Shown: positions 9,930 to 20,807, numbered from the stretch's first letter. The stretch is 64,000 nucleotides of DNA from Nitrospirota bacterium (GCA_049325335.1 JBMOMC010000001.1:192001-256000); one strand, 5' to 3'. Made by a program: numbers and translations. The notes: generated by a model not told the origin, from the sequence alone.

Positions 9930-12012
9930 CAGCCGCCCTCACGGTTTCGAATGCTTGAATGCGAATCTGCGGCGCCACTTCGCCCGAGGAAATCACCCGC
10001 GCGGACGGCACCGCGCGTTCCAACAACCGGCGCACGTGCGGTCGGATCATGGGGGAGCACAACACCACCGGTTGGTGTCCCTTGACCATGATCCGCTCCA
10101 CCGCCTGCCGCACGCGCGTCACGACTTTCTGCCCCACGGTCGGGTCCAACGCCAACACCGACCCTTGCCCGCTCGGTTTGATCGCGGACGCGATCTCGTG
10201 ATCCAGTTGCGGGTCCAACGCGATGACCGGCAACGCGCCGTCGCGCGTTTGGTACTGCCGAGTGATGGTGCGGGCCAAGGCTTGGCGCACGGCCTCGGTC
10301 AAGACCTCGGGGTCCTTGCTCGCCACCGCGTGATCGGCCAAGGCTTCCAGAATGGACCGCAGATCGCGGATCGGAATGCGCTCGCGCAGCAGGTTGCCGA
10401 ACACCTTGACCACCGCGCCCAACGGCAACAAAGCCGGGACCAGTTCTTCCACCAATTTGGGGGCTTCTTTGGAGAACCGCTCCAACAACGCCTGTGTTTC
10501 CTGGCGGCCCACCAACTCGTGCGCGTGGGTTTTGATGATCTCGGTGAGATGCGTGGCGATCACCGACGCGAGGTCCACCACGGTGTATCCGGCGGCCTGC
10601 GCCCGCTCCTTGTCCGCCTCCGGCACCCACAGCGCGTCCAATCCGAAACAGGGTTCCTTGGTCGGGATCCCCGCGATACGGTGCGCGGCGTCTCCGGGCT
10701 GCATGGCTAGGCAGTGGCCCGGCAACAGTTCGCCGCGCGCCACTTCCATACCCTTGATCAACAGGACGTATTCGTTGGGTCGCAGTTTCAGGTTATCCCG
10801 GATATGAATGGCCGGGACCACGAAGCCTTGTTCCAGCGCCACTTGTTTACGGATCGCGGTGATGCGCTTGAGTAATTCCCCGCCCTTGGTTTCGTCCACC
10901 AGCCCGATCAGGCCGTACCCCACGGTCAGTTCCATCAGATCCAGGGGCGCCACCCAGTCGAGCGGCTCGGTCGAGGTCGGTTTAGCCGGGGCCGTCGCCG
11001 GGACGTGGGCCTGCGCCGACTCCTCGGCCCGCCGACTCTTCAACGCGGTGTAGCCCACCGCGGCCATGCCGGCGGCCAATGCCAGAAACGACAGGTGGGG
11101 TAACCCCGGCATCAACCCCAGCGCCAACGAAATGCCCGCCGCGCCCAGGATCGCACGGGGATGGCTCAGGATCTGACGAGCGACATCGGTCCCCAGGTTC
11201 GCATCCGACGCCGCGCGGGTGACCACGATGCCAGCCGCGGTGGAGATCATCAACGCGGGGATCTGGGCCACCAGACCTTCGCCGATGGTCAAGATCGTGT
11301 AGTTCTGGGCCGCGGTGAAAAAGCTCATGCCGTGCTGCATCACGCCGATGGCCAGACCGCCGACAATGTTGACCAGGATGATGAGGATGGCCGCGATCGC
11401 GTCGCCGCGCACGAACTTGCTGGCGCCGTCCATCGCGCCGTAAAAATCCGCTTCCTGGCCGATCGCCGCGCGCCGCTTGCGGGCTTCGTGTTCGTCGATG
11501 ATCCCGGCGTTGAGGTCCGCGTCGATGCTCATCTGTTTGCCCGGCAACGCGTCCAACATGAAGCGGGCCGCGACCTCCGCGATGCGCCCCGCGCCCTTGG
11601 TGATCACCACGAAGTTGATCACCACCAGGATCACGAACACCACGAGCCCGACCGCATAGTTGCCGCCAACCACGAACCCGCCGAACGCCTTGATCACCTG
11701 TCCCGCGGCGTCGTGCCCCTCGTTGCCGTGCAGCAAGATGAGTCGGGTCGAGGCCAGGTTCAGCGACAATCGAAACAAGGTGATCAACAGCAGCACCGAG
11801 GGAAACGCGGAAAACTCCACCGGCCGCAGCGTGTACATGGAGACAAACAGGATCACGAGCGAGAGGCTCAGACTGAGCGCAAGCAACAGATCGAGCAACA
11901 CGCGCGGCAAGGGCAGGATCATGAGCATGACGATGCCCACCACCCCCAGACTCAACGCCACGTCCCCGTGTTTGAGGTTGAACCCGCCCACCATGGTGGT
12001 GTTCGCCGCCAT
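9919..12012 (-). CDS. flhA: Flagellar export protein FlhA
   Basis: KGAGRIAEVAARFMLDALPGKQMSIDADL, FYGAMDGASKFVRGDAIA. Confidence 0.97.
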   Translation of the reverse strand: MAANTTMVGGFNLKHGDVALSLGVVGIVMLMILPLPRVLLDLLLALSLSLSLVILFVSMYTLRPVEFSAFPSVLLLITLFRLSLNLASTRLILLHGNEGHDAAGQVIKAFGGFVVGGNYAVGLVVFVILVVINFVVITKGAGRIAEVAARFMLDALPGKQMSIDADLNAGIIDEHEARKRRAAIGQEADFYGAMDGASKFVRGDAIAAILIILVNIVGGLAIGVMQHGMSFFTAAQNYTILTIGEGLVAQIPALMISTAAGIVVTRAASDANLGTDVARQILSHPRAILGAAGISLALGLMPGLPHLSFLALAAGMAAVGYTALKSRRAEESAQAHVPATAPAKPTSTEPLDWVAPLDLMELTVGYGLIGLVDETKGGELLKRITAIRKQVALEQGFVVPAIHIRDNLKLRPNEYVLLIKGMEVARGELLPGHCLAMQPGDAAHRIAGIPTKEPCFGLDALWVPEADKERAQAAGYTVVDLASVIATHLTEIIKTHAHELVGRQETQALLERFSKEAPKLVEELVPALLPLGAVVKVFGNLLRERIPIRDLRSILEALADHAVASKDPEVLTEAVRQALARTITRQYQTRDGALPVIALDPQLDHEIASAIKPSGQGSVLALDPTVGQKVVTRVRQAVERIMVKGHQPVVLCSPMIRPHVRRLLERAVPSARVISSGEVAPQIRIQAFETVRAADAH

Positions 12013-13127
12013 TACTGGTCGGTCCCGTGTTCAGGGGCCCGGCGGGACGCCATGGCCGAGGCCCCGCGCGAGGCGCGGCGGACGCGATACACGTACGCCA
12101 ACACTTCGGCCGCGGCGCGGTACAACTTGGACGGGATCGGCTCGCCCACCCCGGTTGTCTTAAATAAGGCCCGCGCCAACGGCTTGTTTTCCATGACCGG
12201 CACGCCGTGCCGCCACGCGGTTTCGCGGATGCGTTTGGCCACCAGGCCCGCGCCCTTGGCCACCACTTTGGGCGCGGCCATCTCGCCGTGCCGATAGAGC
12301 AACGCCACGGCCAGTTCGGTCGGGTTGGTCACCACGACGTCGGCCTTGGGCACCTCGGCCATCATGCGTTTGGTCGCGCGTTCGCGCTGCAACGCGCGAA
12401 TCCGGGCCTTGAGCCACGGGTCGCCTTCGGTTTCCTTCATTTCCTGTTTGATATCCTCACGGCTCATGCGCAGATTGCGCTCGAACTCCCACCGCTGGTA
12501 CCCGTAGTCCGCGGCGGCCAGGACCGCGATCACGCCGCCCGACCACAGGCCGAGCCGAAGCAACGCGGACGACATCACGCCGACCCCGGCCGACGGCTCC
12601 GCGGTCATGGCCGCGGTCAGCGCGGGCAGTTCGTCTTTCACGACCAGGTAGGAGACCCAGCCGATGACGCCGAACTTGAACAAGGTTTTGAGCGACACCG
12701 CCGCGGACTGCAGCGAGAACAGCCGCTTGAACCCGCTGAGCGGACTGATCCGCGACCATTCCGGCGCAAGCGGCGTGGCACTCCACACCAACCCCGGCTG
12801 CGCCACCACCGACACGATGCCCAACGCTGCGAACCAGGCCATCACCGGCGCGACCAATACCAACGTCGCGGAGAGGGCGTGCATCAACGCGGCGTAGACG
12901 TCCGCCTGGCTCATCGCGGCGGCCGGATTGGCGTTCAGCAACGTCGTCATCAGGGCGCGCATGTCGCGCAGCGCGGAGGGCCCCATCACGGTCAACCCGC
13001 CGACCGCGCCCAGGATCAGCGCGGCGGAGGTGATCTCCTGGCTGCGGGCGACCTGCCCTTTTTTGCGCGCGTCCTCGCGACGCTTAGGGGTCGCCCGTTC
13101 CGATCGTTCCTGTTCGTTCTCCGCCAC
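12012..13127 (-). CDS. flhB: Flagellar export protein FlhB
   Basis: ERATPKRREDARKKGQV, KETEGDP, autocleavage site VTNPTE. Confidence 0.96.
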   Translation of the reverse strand: MAENEQERSERATPKRREDARKKGQVARSQEITSAALILGAVGGLTVMGPSALRDMRALMTTLLNANPAAAMSQADVYAALMHALSATLVLVAPVMAWFAALGIVSVVAQPGLVWSATPLAPEWSRISPLSGFKRLFSLQSAAVSLKTLFKFGVIGWVSYLVVKDELPALTAAMTAEPSAGVGVMSSALLRLGLWSGGVIAVLAAADYGYQRWEFERNLRMSREDIKQEMKETEGDPWLKARIRALQRERATKRMMAEVPKADVVVTNPTELAVALLYRHGEMAAPKVVAKGAGLVAKRIRETAWRHGVPVMENKPLARALFKTTGVGEPIPSKLYRAAAEVLAYVYRVRRASRGASAMASRRAPEHGTDQ

Positions 13128-13139
13128 GACCGCGCTCCG

Positions 13140-13925
13140 TTAAGGCCCGGGGCGGGCCATGGCCCGCACCAGCCCGTTCAACGTGCCGTCCAGCGCGCGA
13201 ACCTGGTCCGCAAACAGGCCCACGAACAAGGACAGCGACGCCCCCACCACCAGCAACCCCACCCCCATCGTCACCGGGAAACTCATCAACAACACGTTCA
13301 TCTGCGGCACCACGCGACCGAGGATGCCCAGCGCCGCGCTGGCCAGCAACAACGCGGCCACCACGGGCAACGCCACCTGGAGCGCGGTGGCGAACATCCC
13401 CGACGTGAGCCGCATCAAGCCGTCGATCAATCCCGCGCCTGGGTAAAACCCCACCGCGGGCACGCGATGGAAACTCTCCGCCAGCGCGTGGAACACGAAG
13501 TGGTGGCCGTTGATCGCGAAGAACACCAGCATCGTCACCACCCCGTACAACTGGCTGATCAACGAGACCTGCCGCCCCGACGAGGGATCAAACACCATGG
13601 CCAGGCCGAACCCCATTTGCAACCCCGCCAGCTCCGCGCCCATGTCCACCGCGGCGAACACCAACCGGATCGCCAACCCGATCGCCAAGCCGATCATGGT
13701 TTCCCCGAGCAACCCGATCCCGGCCGACCACGGATCCACGGCGGTCGCGGCCGGAGCCACCACCGGCACCAAGGCCAAAGCCACCGCCACCGCGAGCCAG
13801 ACCTTGATGATGTTGGGCACGCTCAACCCGCCCACCACCGGGATCGCCGCGAGGATCGCGGCCACCCGCGCGAGGACCAACACGAATTCGGCCTCCCGCT
13901 GGATCACGACATGGAGCGCGCTCAT
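13140..13925 (-). CDS. fliR: Flagellar export protein FliR
   Basis: Hydrophobic; GLQMGFG, RVVPQMNV; gene order. Confidence 0.94.
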   Translation of the reverse strand: MSALHVVIQREAEFVLVLARVAAILAAIPVVGGLSVPNIIKVWLAVAVALALVPVVAPAATAVDPWSAGIGLLGETMIGLAIGLAIRLVFAAVDMGAELAGLQMGFGLAMVFDPSSGRQVSLISQLYGVVTMLVFFAINGHHFVFHALAESFHRVPAVGFYPGAGLIDGLMRLTSGMFATALQVALPVVAALLLASAALGILGRVVPQMNVLLMSFPVTMGVGLLVVGASLSLFVGLFADQVRALDGTLNGLVRAMARPGP

Positions 13926-13937
13926 CCGCGGCTTCCC

Positions 13938-14207
13938 CTATCTCACGTACATCGGAATGTTCCCCAGGATCGTGGTCGTAAATCCGACCATGAGTGAAAT
14001 CATCCACGGCAAAAACAACACGAACGCCAACGCCACGGCCAAAATCTTGGGCAAAAACGTGAGCGTGGCCTCGTTGATCTGGGTCACCGCCTGCAACACG
14101 CTCACCACCAGCCCCACCACCACGCTGAACACCAACGCGGGCGCGGCCAACATCAGCACCATCTCGATGGTGCGTTGCCCCATCTCCACGACGAACTCGG
14201 TGGTCAT
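13938..14207 (-). CDS. fliQ: Flagellar export protein FliQ
   Basis: LQAVTQINEATLTFLPK. Confidence 0.95.
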   Translation of the reverse strand: MTTEFVVEMGQRTIEMVLMLAAPALVFSVVVGLVVSVLQAVTQINEATLTFLPKILAVALAFVLFLPWMISLMVGFTTTILGNIPMYVR

Positions 14208-14219
14208 CGCCGCTCCGCG

Positions 14220-14996
14220 TTACGAAAAACTTCTCACTAATGATCCGACGACCAAATACCAGCCGTCGGCCAGCACGAACAAAATCAATTTGAACGGCAA
14301 CGACACCATTGCGGGCGGCAACATCATCATGCCCATCGACATCAACACGCTGGCCACCACCAAATCGATCACCAAGAACGGCAGAAAGATCAGAAATCCG
14401 ATCTGGAACGCGGTCCGTAGTTCGCTGATCATGAACGCGGGGATCACCACGTGGGTCGGGACCGCGGCGACGTCCGTCGGCGGCGGCAACTTGGCGATGT
14501 CCACGAACAGCGCTAGATCCTTTTCCCGCACCTGACGCAACATGAACTCGCGCACCGGCGCCATCGCGCGTTCCAAGGCTTGGGCCTGGGGCACCTGTTT
14601 GGCCAAATAGGGTTGCAAGGCATCTGCGTTCACCCGCTGCCACACCGGGGACATGATGAAGAAGGTGAGAAACAACGCGAGTCCGATCAACACCTGGTTC
14701 GGCGGGGTTTGCAGCGTCCCCAGGGCTTGTCGCAGGAACGCCAGCACCACGACCACGCGGATAAACGACGTCATCATGATCAGGATCGCCGGCGCCACCG
14801 ACAACACGGTGAGCAACGCGACGATCTGCAGCACCGTGGTCATCTGGCCCGGATCACCGGACCCCAGGTCGATCGTGACCGCGGCCGGACTGCCTTGCGC
14901 GTCCGCCGCGAACGCGCGGTCGGTCTCGCCCGCCATCACTAGCCCGGTCAGCGCCACAGCGGCCAGCACGCCGCGAATCGCCGAGATCCGGCTCAT
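14220..14996 (-). CDS. fliP: Flagellar export protein FliP
   Basis: MMTSFIR, TPPNQVLIGLALFLT, ISELRTAFQIGF, LVLADGW-like end; start trimmed to ATG 14996 overlapping the fliO stop. Confidence 0.95.
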   Translation of the reverse strand: MSRISAIRGVLAAVALTGLVMAGETDRAFAADAQGSPAAVTIDLGSGDPGQMTTVLQIVALLTVLSVAPAILIMMTSFIRVVVVLAFLRQALGTLQTPPNQVLIGLALFLTFFIMSPVWQRVNADALQPYLAKQVPQAQALERAMAPVREFMLRQVREKDLALFVDIAKLPPPTDVAAVPTHVVIPAFMISELRTAFQIGFLIFLPFLVIDLVVASVLMSMGMMMLPPAMVSLPFKLILFVLADGWYLVVGSLVRSFS

Positions 14997-15304
14997 AGGA
15001 GGCGCTCTCCGCCCGGCGTGCGCCGCAACTCCGGCGGCATCGCCGCGGGGTCCAACGTGGCGAGCAACGACATCTGCGTCGCGGTCACGCCCACCACCAA
15101 ATAGGTCTCCCCCACGGCCACGACCGCGATCTGCTTGCGTGAGCCCAGGGGCAACGCAGCCACCACCTGCAACGGCGAGCGCGCGCCCCAGCGCATGCCG
15201 CCCACGCCGATCCACCGCTTGGCCGCGAACGCGGTCAACGCCATCAGTCCCAGCACTGCGGCCAAGGCGCCGGTCATTTTCACCAGACTCCACCACAGGT
15301 CCAT
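14993..15304 (-). CDS. fliO: Flagellar biosynthesis protein FliO/FliZ
   Basis: Single TM segment then LPLGSRKQIAVVAVGETYLVVGVT; between fliN and fliP. Confidence 0.88.
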   Translation of the reverse strand: MDLWWSLVKMTGALAAVLGLMALTAFAAKRWIGVGGMRWGARSPLQVVAALPLGSRKQIAVVAVGETYLVVGVTATQMSLLATLDPAAMPPELRRTPGGERLL

Positions 15305-15311
15305 GGCCGTC

Positions 15312-15710
15312 TCAGCTCTTTTGCAACTGCTGGAGCCGCTCCGTGGTGCTCACGATGTCGGTCAACCGGACCCCGAACCGCTCGTTGACCACCACGACCT
15401 CGCCGCGAGCCACCAATTTGTCCCCGACCAAGACGTCCATGGGTTCCCCCGCCATCTTTTCCAGTTCAATGATCGAGCCTTGTCCAAGCTGCAGGAGATC
15501 CCGAATCACCATCTTGGCACTGCCGAGCCGGACGCTGATCTTGAGCGGGACATCCAGGAGAAAATCCAAGTTGCCCGGCTGCGCGGTGGCGGCCTGTTGC
15601 TTGAGCGGGGCCAGCGCGGCGGGCTGCGGCGCCGTCTTGGCCTGGGCCGGCATGGCCACGACCTTGGGATCCGCCTGCAACGGCTTCTCTTTGGGAACTT
15701 CATTCCCCAT
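15312..15710 (-). CDS. fliN: Flagellar motor switch protein FliN
   Basis: LDVPLKISVRLG, ARGEVVVVNERFGVR. Confidence 0.95.
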   Translation of the reverse strand: MGNEVPKEKPLQADPKVVAMPAQAKTAPQPAALAPLKQQAATAQPGNLDFLLDVPLKISVRLGSAKMVIRDLLQLGQGSIIELEKMAGEPMDVLVGDKLVARGEVVVVNERFGVRLTDIVSTTERLQQLQKS

Positions 15711-16710
15711 TGTGGTCCTCCTGGGCCTCGGTCATCACCCGGCTGATCTGCACCGCGGGTTTGCCCCGGTGTGTCCCGATCTTGCCGAGGAATTTGGGCC
15801 GTCCCTCGACGCTGACCGGCAACTCGTCGTTCACTCCTCTGTCGAGGACCACCACGTCCCCCACGGCCAACCGCCCTACGTCATTCACGTTCAACATCAC
15901 GCTCCCCAGCTCCGCCGACACGGTCGTGGTGCAGTGCTCGATCTGCTCCCGAAACCGCACGGTCCAGCTCTTGTCCACGTCGAACTGATCGGTCGAAAAC
16001 CCGCTGTACAATTTGTCGCGAATGGGTTCGATCGTCGGGTACGGCAAACAGAAAAACACGTCCCGGCTCATGTTCTGTCCCTCGCCTTCAATTTCCAACC
16101 GGAACGTCACCTTGAGCACCAGTTCGGTGGGCACCACCACCATCGCGAACTGCGGGTTGATTTCCGACCGCGCAAGCGTGACCCTCACCGGGTGCAGAGG
16201 TGCCCATGCCTTCTCTAAATCGCCTAGGAAGAGATCGAGCACTCTGGCGATGAAGCGCTGCTGGATCGGGGTAAAGTCCCGGCCCTCGGTCTTGACGTGT
16301 GTTTGACCGGTCCCTCCGAAAAAAAAATCGATCAAGAGGTAAACCAAGGTGGCGTCGAAGACCACGACCACGTGCCCTTTTAAGGGATCGACCTTCACGA
16401 TATTGATGTTGCTGGGCAACGGAATTTTTTTCATGAACTCGCCGAACTTGGTGGCTTGCACCGACACCGCGGTGAACTCGACCTGGCGCCGCAACGCAGC
16501 GGACAAGGACGCTTGGAAGAGACGCGCGAACCGTTCGTTCACGATCTCCAGGCTCGGCATCCGCCCGCGGATGATCCGTTCCTGGCTGGTGAGGTCGTAC
16601 GGCCGAGTGCCGTCGGTCGGGCCCTGCGGCTGCTCGGTCGCCACCTCCCCCGAGGCCACGCCTTTGAGCAGGGCGTCGACTTCGTCTTGGGAGAGAATCT
16701 TCTCGGCCAT
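15700..16710 (-). CDS. fliM: Flagellar motor switch protein FliM
   Basis: CheY-binding LSQDEVDALL, IIRGRMPSLE, SEINPQFA. Confidence 0.96.
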   Translation of the reverse strand: MAEKILSQDEVDALLKGVASGEVATEQPQGPTDGTRPYDLTSQERIIRGRMPSLEIVNERFARLFQASLSAALRRQVEFTAVSVQATKFGEFMKKIPLPSNINIVKVDPLKGHVVVVFDATLVYLLIDFFFGGTGQTHVKTEGRDFTPIQQRFIARVLDLFLGDLEKAWAPLHPVRVTLARSEINPQFAMVVVPTELVLKVTFRLEIEGEGQNMSRDVFFCLPYPTIEPIRDKLYSGFSTDQFDVDKSWTVRFREQIEHCTTTVSAELGSVMLNVNDVGRLAVGDVVVLDRGVNDELPVSVEGRPKFLGKIGTHRGKPAVQISRVMTEAQEDHNGE

Positions 16711-16713
16711 ACG

Positions 16714-17301
16714 TTACTGCGCCACGAAGTCCGTGAAATACGCGGCCGTCACCAGGTTCGCCTCCACCACCGAGTTGACCCGCTGCACGATTTCTTCGCG
16801 CAATTCCATCTTGCCCTCAACGGTTCGGATCGCGTCCGACGTCTTGCTGCTGAGCAAGATGAGCAGGCTGTCGCGAATCTGCGGCATCCGGTCGGTGATT
16901 TTTGGCGCCTTGCCCTCGGCCACCTGCAGCATGACGCTCACCTTCAGGTATCGAATTTCCGGCGTATCCGCGAGATTGACGATGAACTGATCCAGCTCCA
17001 ATAGCTTCCCCTCGTCTTTTGCGCCGCCCGACGCGGCGCCGTGCTCCTTGGATGGGGCTTTCTCGGGTTTGCCGTGTCCTTCCTCCGCCGTAGTCTCGGG
17101 CGCGGGGGTGTCGGCTCCCGGGTCCGCCGCGTGCTCCTCGGTCGAGCCGCCCCCCTTCATGAGGAACGCGCCGCCCACCCCGCCGAGCACGGCCGAGCCC
17201 GCCACCGCGATCGCCACGATGATCATGGGCGAACGTTTCTTTTTCGGCGGCGTGGCTTTCGCGTCTTCGCCGCCTTTGTCCTTCTCGTCTTCCGCCATCA
17301 T
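16714..17301 (-). CDS. fliL: Flagellar basal-body associated protein FliL
   Basis: N-terminal TM, FIVNLAD, PQIRD, YFTDFVAQ. Confidence 0.92.
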   Translation of the reverse strand: MMAEDEKDKGGEDAKATPPKKKRSPMIIVAIAVAGSAVLGGVGGAFLMKGGGSTEEHAADPGADTPAPETTAEEGHGKPEKAPSKEHGAASGGAKDEGKLLELDQFIVNLADTPEIRYLKVSVMLQVAEGKAPKITDRMPQIRDSLLILLSSKTSDAIRTVEGKMELREEIVQRVNSVVEANLVTAAYFTDFVAQ

Positions 17302-17356
17302 GTCCCTCCCCGCGACGGATCAATGCCGCGCGCGCATTACCAACCAACCGATTGCA

Positions 17357-18664
17357 TTAACGCTTCAGGTTGACCAGTTCCTGTAAAATATCGTCGGTCG
17401 TGGTGATCACCCGCGAGTTGGCTTGAAATCCGCGTTGGTATTCGATCATCTTGACGAACTCGTGGGCCAAATCCACGTTGGACAACTCGATGGATTCCGA
17501 CAAGATCTTGCCCAACCCCGCGGCATTGGCCACGCCGATGATGGGTTGCCCCGAGTCTGCGGACGCGCCGAACAGGTTATCGCCGAACGGGGTCAGCCCT
17601 TGCGTGTCGGTAAACCGCGCCAGCACCACCTGGCCCAACGTGCGGTTCTTGCCGTTGGTGAAGAGCCCGGTGATGAGACCGTCGGCGTTGATCGACACGC
17701 TCTGAAGCGATCCGGACCCATACCCGTCTTGAGTCTGCTGCAACAACGCGGAGGTCGACCCGAACTGCGTCACCCCGTCCAAACCGGTGCCGGCGTCGGT
17801 GGTAATGCTGTCGCCAAAGTCGAACGCGATGGTTTGTCCCTGGGTCGCGCCGCCAGTAAAGTCAAACCCGCCGCTTGCCAACGGGTAGGTGACCGCGCTT
17901 TCCGTGTCCAGTTCGCCGTCGGTGGTGAACGTCAAGGTGCCTTGCGCCTGCACCTCGGTGAGGCCGCTGGTGGAGTCGCTCTGATCCACGACAATGAAAT
18001 ACTGCCAGGTGTTGCCGGTGGCCGCCTCCGCGCTCTTGCGAAAGTACGCGGTGACCAGATGCCCGTTGCCTAACGAGTCGTAGACGGTGAGGCTGGTTGA
18101 GAAGTTTGAGGTGCCCGCAGCGTTGGCCGCACTGAAGGCCGCGGGAATCGCGACGCGGGAATCGAGGTTGGCGACCATGTCCACGGCGCTGGTCGGGAGC
18201 GGCGGGAACACGGTGGACGCCAGGTTCACGTCTCCGACCACGCCGGTCAAGTTCCCCGCGGGGTCGGCCTGTACCCCTTGGAGCGTCAATCCGTCCGCGT
18301 TTTCCACCATGCCGAATTGATTCACGTGAAACAACCCGGCGCGGCTGTAAAACTCCGTGCCCGCTGGGTCCCGCACCACGAAGAACCCGTTCCCGTCCAC
18401 CGCCATGTCCAGCGCGTTTCCAGTGGTTTCGAACGAGCCCTGCACGAATTGCGTGTGGACATCGTTAACGTAGACGCCACGGCCGATTTGCGACCCGGCG
18501 GATCCGCCGCCCAAGTTCTGCCCGATGATGTTCGCGAACGAGGCTTGGCTGTCCTTAAACCCGACGGTGTTGAGATTCGCGATGTTGTTGCTCACCACCG
18601 ACAACCCGGTCCCAAACGCATTCAATCCGCTGACCCCCGAAAACAACGACGTTAAAATCGCCAT
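17357..18664 (-). CDS. flgE: Flagellar hook protein FlgE
   Basis: SNNIANLNTVGFK, VYDSLGNGH, ELSNVDLA, QRGFQANSRVITT. Confidence 0.96.
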   Translation of the reverse strand: MAILTSLFSGVSGLNAFGTGLSVVSNNIANLNTVGFKDSQASFANIIGQNLGGGSAGSQIGRGVYVNDVHTQFVQGSFETTGNALDMAVDGNGFFVVRDPAGTEFYSRAGLFHVNQFGMVENADGLTLQGVQADPAGNLTGVVGDVNLASTVFPPLPTSAVDMVANLDSRVAIPAAFSAANAAGTSNFSTSLTVYDSLGNGHLVTAYFRKSAEAATGNTWQYFIVVDQSDSTSGLTEVQAQGTLTFTTDGELDTESAVTYPLASGGFDFTGGATQGQTIAFDFGDSITTDAGTGLDGVTQFGSTSALLQQTQDGYGSGSLQSVSINADGLITGLFTNGKNRTLGQVVLARFTDTQGLTPFGDNLFGASADSGQPIIGVANAAGLGKILSESIELSNVDLAHEFVKMIEYQRGFQANSRVITTTDDILQELVNLKR

Positions 18665-18745
18665 GTCTGGTCTCTCCTCCCCATAGTCCTTCGTTGCCCA
18701 TCCGACGCCGGCTGCGCGCCGGGCCGACTCGTCACCTCGTCTTGC

Positions 18746-19375
18746 CTACTCCGCGATCGCCAGCACGTCCGACGCGGGCACACGTTCCCCATTCACTGTC
18801 AACGACACCACCCCGTTGTCCGTGCTCACCCCGGTGACTCTCCCGACCGTAAATTGGGCGCTGCGCACCGGCTCGCTCGCCGCATTCACCGCGCCGACTT
18901 CGTACGTGTACGCGCCGTTCGGCAACAGCCGACCGTTCCCGTCACGCCCGTCCCACGACACGGTGTGCGACCCCGCGTCCTGGGCCCCGACGTCGAGCAG
19001 CCGGACGGTGGACCCCGCCGAATCCACCACGCGGATCCCCACGCGCGCCGCGGTCTCGTCCAAGCGGTAGCGCAACGACGCCGGCCGCTCGGACCCGAGC
19101 GCCACGCCGTTCCCGGACACTTGCACTTCCCGCCCCAACAACCCGGCCGCGCCGTAGGTGTTGAGCGCCGCCAGATAGTCGAGCGACGAGTCCATCCGTT
19201 GATTGAGATCCGTGGTTTGCTCCAACTGGCTGAACTGCGCGAGTTGCGTGACAAACTCCGTGTTATCCATCGGATTGAGCGGATCCTGGTACTGCAATTG
19301 GGTGGTGAGCAGCCGCAGGAACGCATGTTCTCCCATCGCCTTGAGCCCCACCGCCTGCGCGCCGTCCATCGCCAT
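18746..19375 (-). CDS. flgD: Flagellar hook capping protein FlgD
   Basis: FLRLLTTQLQYQDPLNPMDNTEFVTQLAQFSQLEQ; Ig-like WDGRD; GAGGAGG RBS. Confidence 0.94.
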   Translation of the reverse strand: MAMDGAQAVGLKAMGEHAFLRLLTTQLQYQDPLNPMDNTEFVTQLAQFSQLEQTTDLNQRMDSSLDYLAALNTYGAAGLLGREVQVSGNGVALGSERPASLRYRLDETAARVGIRVVDSAGSTVRLLDVGAQDAGSHTVSWDGRDGNGRLLPNGAYTYEVGAVNAASEPVRSAQFTVGRVTGVSTDNGVVSLTVNGERVPASDVLAIAE

Positions 19376-19415
19376 CTCGTTCCTCCTCATCACCGCGGCC
19401 TACGGCCTGCCGCGC

Positions 19416-20807
19416 TCACACATACACGTTGACCGCGTGCCGCGCTCCCGCGTCGGCCCACGCCGTCCATCTCATCGCGGCCGCGTTCGGCTCCGTCCGC
19501 GGCGTCGCCCACTCCGGCGCCCGCTCGCGTCCGGGCCATGACTCGCGCCCGAAATCCCACGAACGATTCGGCAAGTGTTGGCCCGCGTCCCCCACGCTCA
19601 CGGACAACCGATCCACGCGGAGCCCGTAGTCCGAGAGGGCTTGCCTGAGTTCGCTCTGATGTTGTTGGAAGAGATCCCGCATCAACGGATGGCTGGTCAG
19701 AATGTCCGCGCTCACGCGCTGATCCTGGACCACGACCTGCACGCGCACCGAGCCGAACTCGTCCGGTTCGAGTTGTACGCTCCACGCGTGCGCGTCGTCG
19801 CTCCGCATGGTCTGAACCCGCTCGACCAGGCCGCGCGCGACGGTTTGCATGGCGTCGACCGAGGACACCCGCGCGGACGATTCCGCCGGCACGCCCGCCT
19901 CAACCGGGGTATCGACGACCGCAGTACCCGCGGGCGACTCGATCCATTCGCCCGCGAAGCGCTCGGACGCGGACGGCCTCGTGTCCACCGCGGATCCCGG
20001 CGCCAGGCGGCGATCGCCGCCAACACCGGCGTGATGCGGCGCCTCCTGCTCGCGCCCGTTTGAGCCGAGCGGATCATCGGACCTCGATGCGGTGTGCTCG
20101 ACGATTGCTGGCACCTCACCGGCGTTGCCCGCGTCACCCGCGCTCGCGACCTTGGCTTGGGACCCAGACGATCCGTCCCCGCCCCCCGGAGCCGGCTCGT
20201 GACCCGACAGCGGAGCCGAGCGCGGAACAGCCGTTGAGTCGAGCGTTCCGCTGGACCCGACACTCACCTTGTCAACCGAGGGTTCGACCGTGTCCACCCG
20301 CTCGAACAGCGCCGCATCAACCGGTCCTTGGGTTGACGGCGTCACGGGTTTGATCAGTTCTACCGAGCGCGCGGCGTCATGACGGTCGGACGTTTCCATA
20401 CCGAACGCGCCTTTAATGTCTACGGGGATCGTGATGCCGTCGGCGACCGCGGCAGATGCCTGGGTTTCGACGACATCAGCGCCTGGGACAAGGGGCAGGA
20501 CCAGCGTGGCCGTCGTGAATGGGGCAAGCGCCGCCGTCGGCGCAACCACTGGTCCGGATTCATCCGAACCGGTGGTTGTCTGGTCCATGGTCTCAGACAA
20601 GGGCTCAGGGACGGTGTCGTTCTCCGGTTCAGTCCCCGTCACTGGATCAGAGACCGGGGACGCCTCGGCAGCGGTCGATTCAGAAACCGCGTCCCACTCG
20701 TGGGCAAACGACGATGAGGTCTTGTCGGGCGCCGCCGAGCCATTCGACTGACCCGCCCGGACCGGCTCAGGCGAACACCCCATGATGGGAAGGCCGCACC
20801 CGATCAT
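19416..20807 (-). CDS. fliK: Flagellar hook-length control protein FliK
   Basis: Long low-complexity region then C-terminal QLEPDEFGSVRV...LRQALSDYGL; upstream of flgD; start taken as the first ATG after the sigma54 site (uncertain). Confidence 0.8.
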   Translation of the reverse strand: MIGCGLPIMGCSPEPVRAGQSNGSAAPDKTSSSFAHEWDAVSESTAAEASPVSDPVTGTEPENDTVPEPLSETMDQTTTGSDESGPVVAPTAALAPFTTATLVLPLVPGADVVETQASAAVADGITIPVDIKGAFGMETSDRHDAARSVELIKPVTPSTQGPVDAALFERVDTVEPSVDKVSVGSSGTLDSTAVPRSAPLSGHEPAPGGGDGSSGSQAKVASAGDAGNAGEVPAIVEHTASRSDDPLGSNGREQEAPHHAGVGGDRRLAPGSAVDTRPSASERFAGEWIESPAGTAVVDTPVEAGVPAESSARVSSVDAMQTVARGLVERVQTMRSDDAHAWSVQLEPDEFGSVRVQVVVQDQRVSADILTSHPLMRDLFQQHQSELRQALSDYGLRVDRLSVSVGDAGQHLPNRSWDFGRESWPGRERAPEWATPRTEPNAAAMRWTAWADAGARHAVNVYV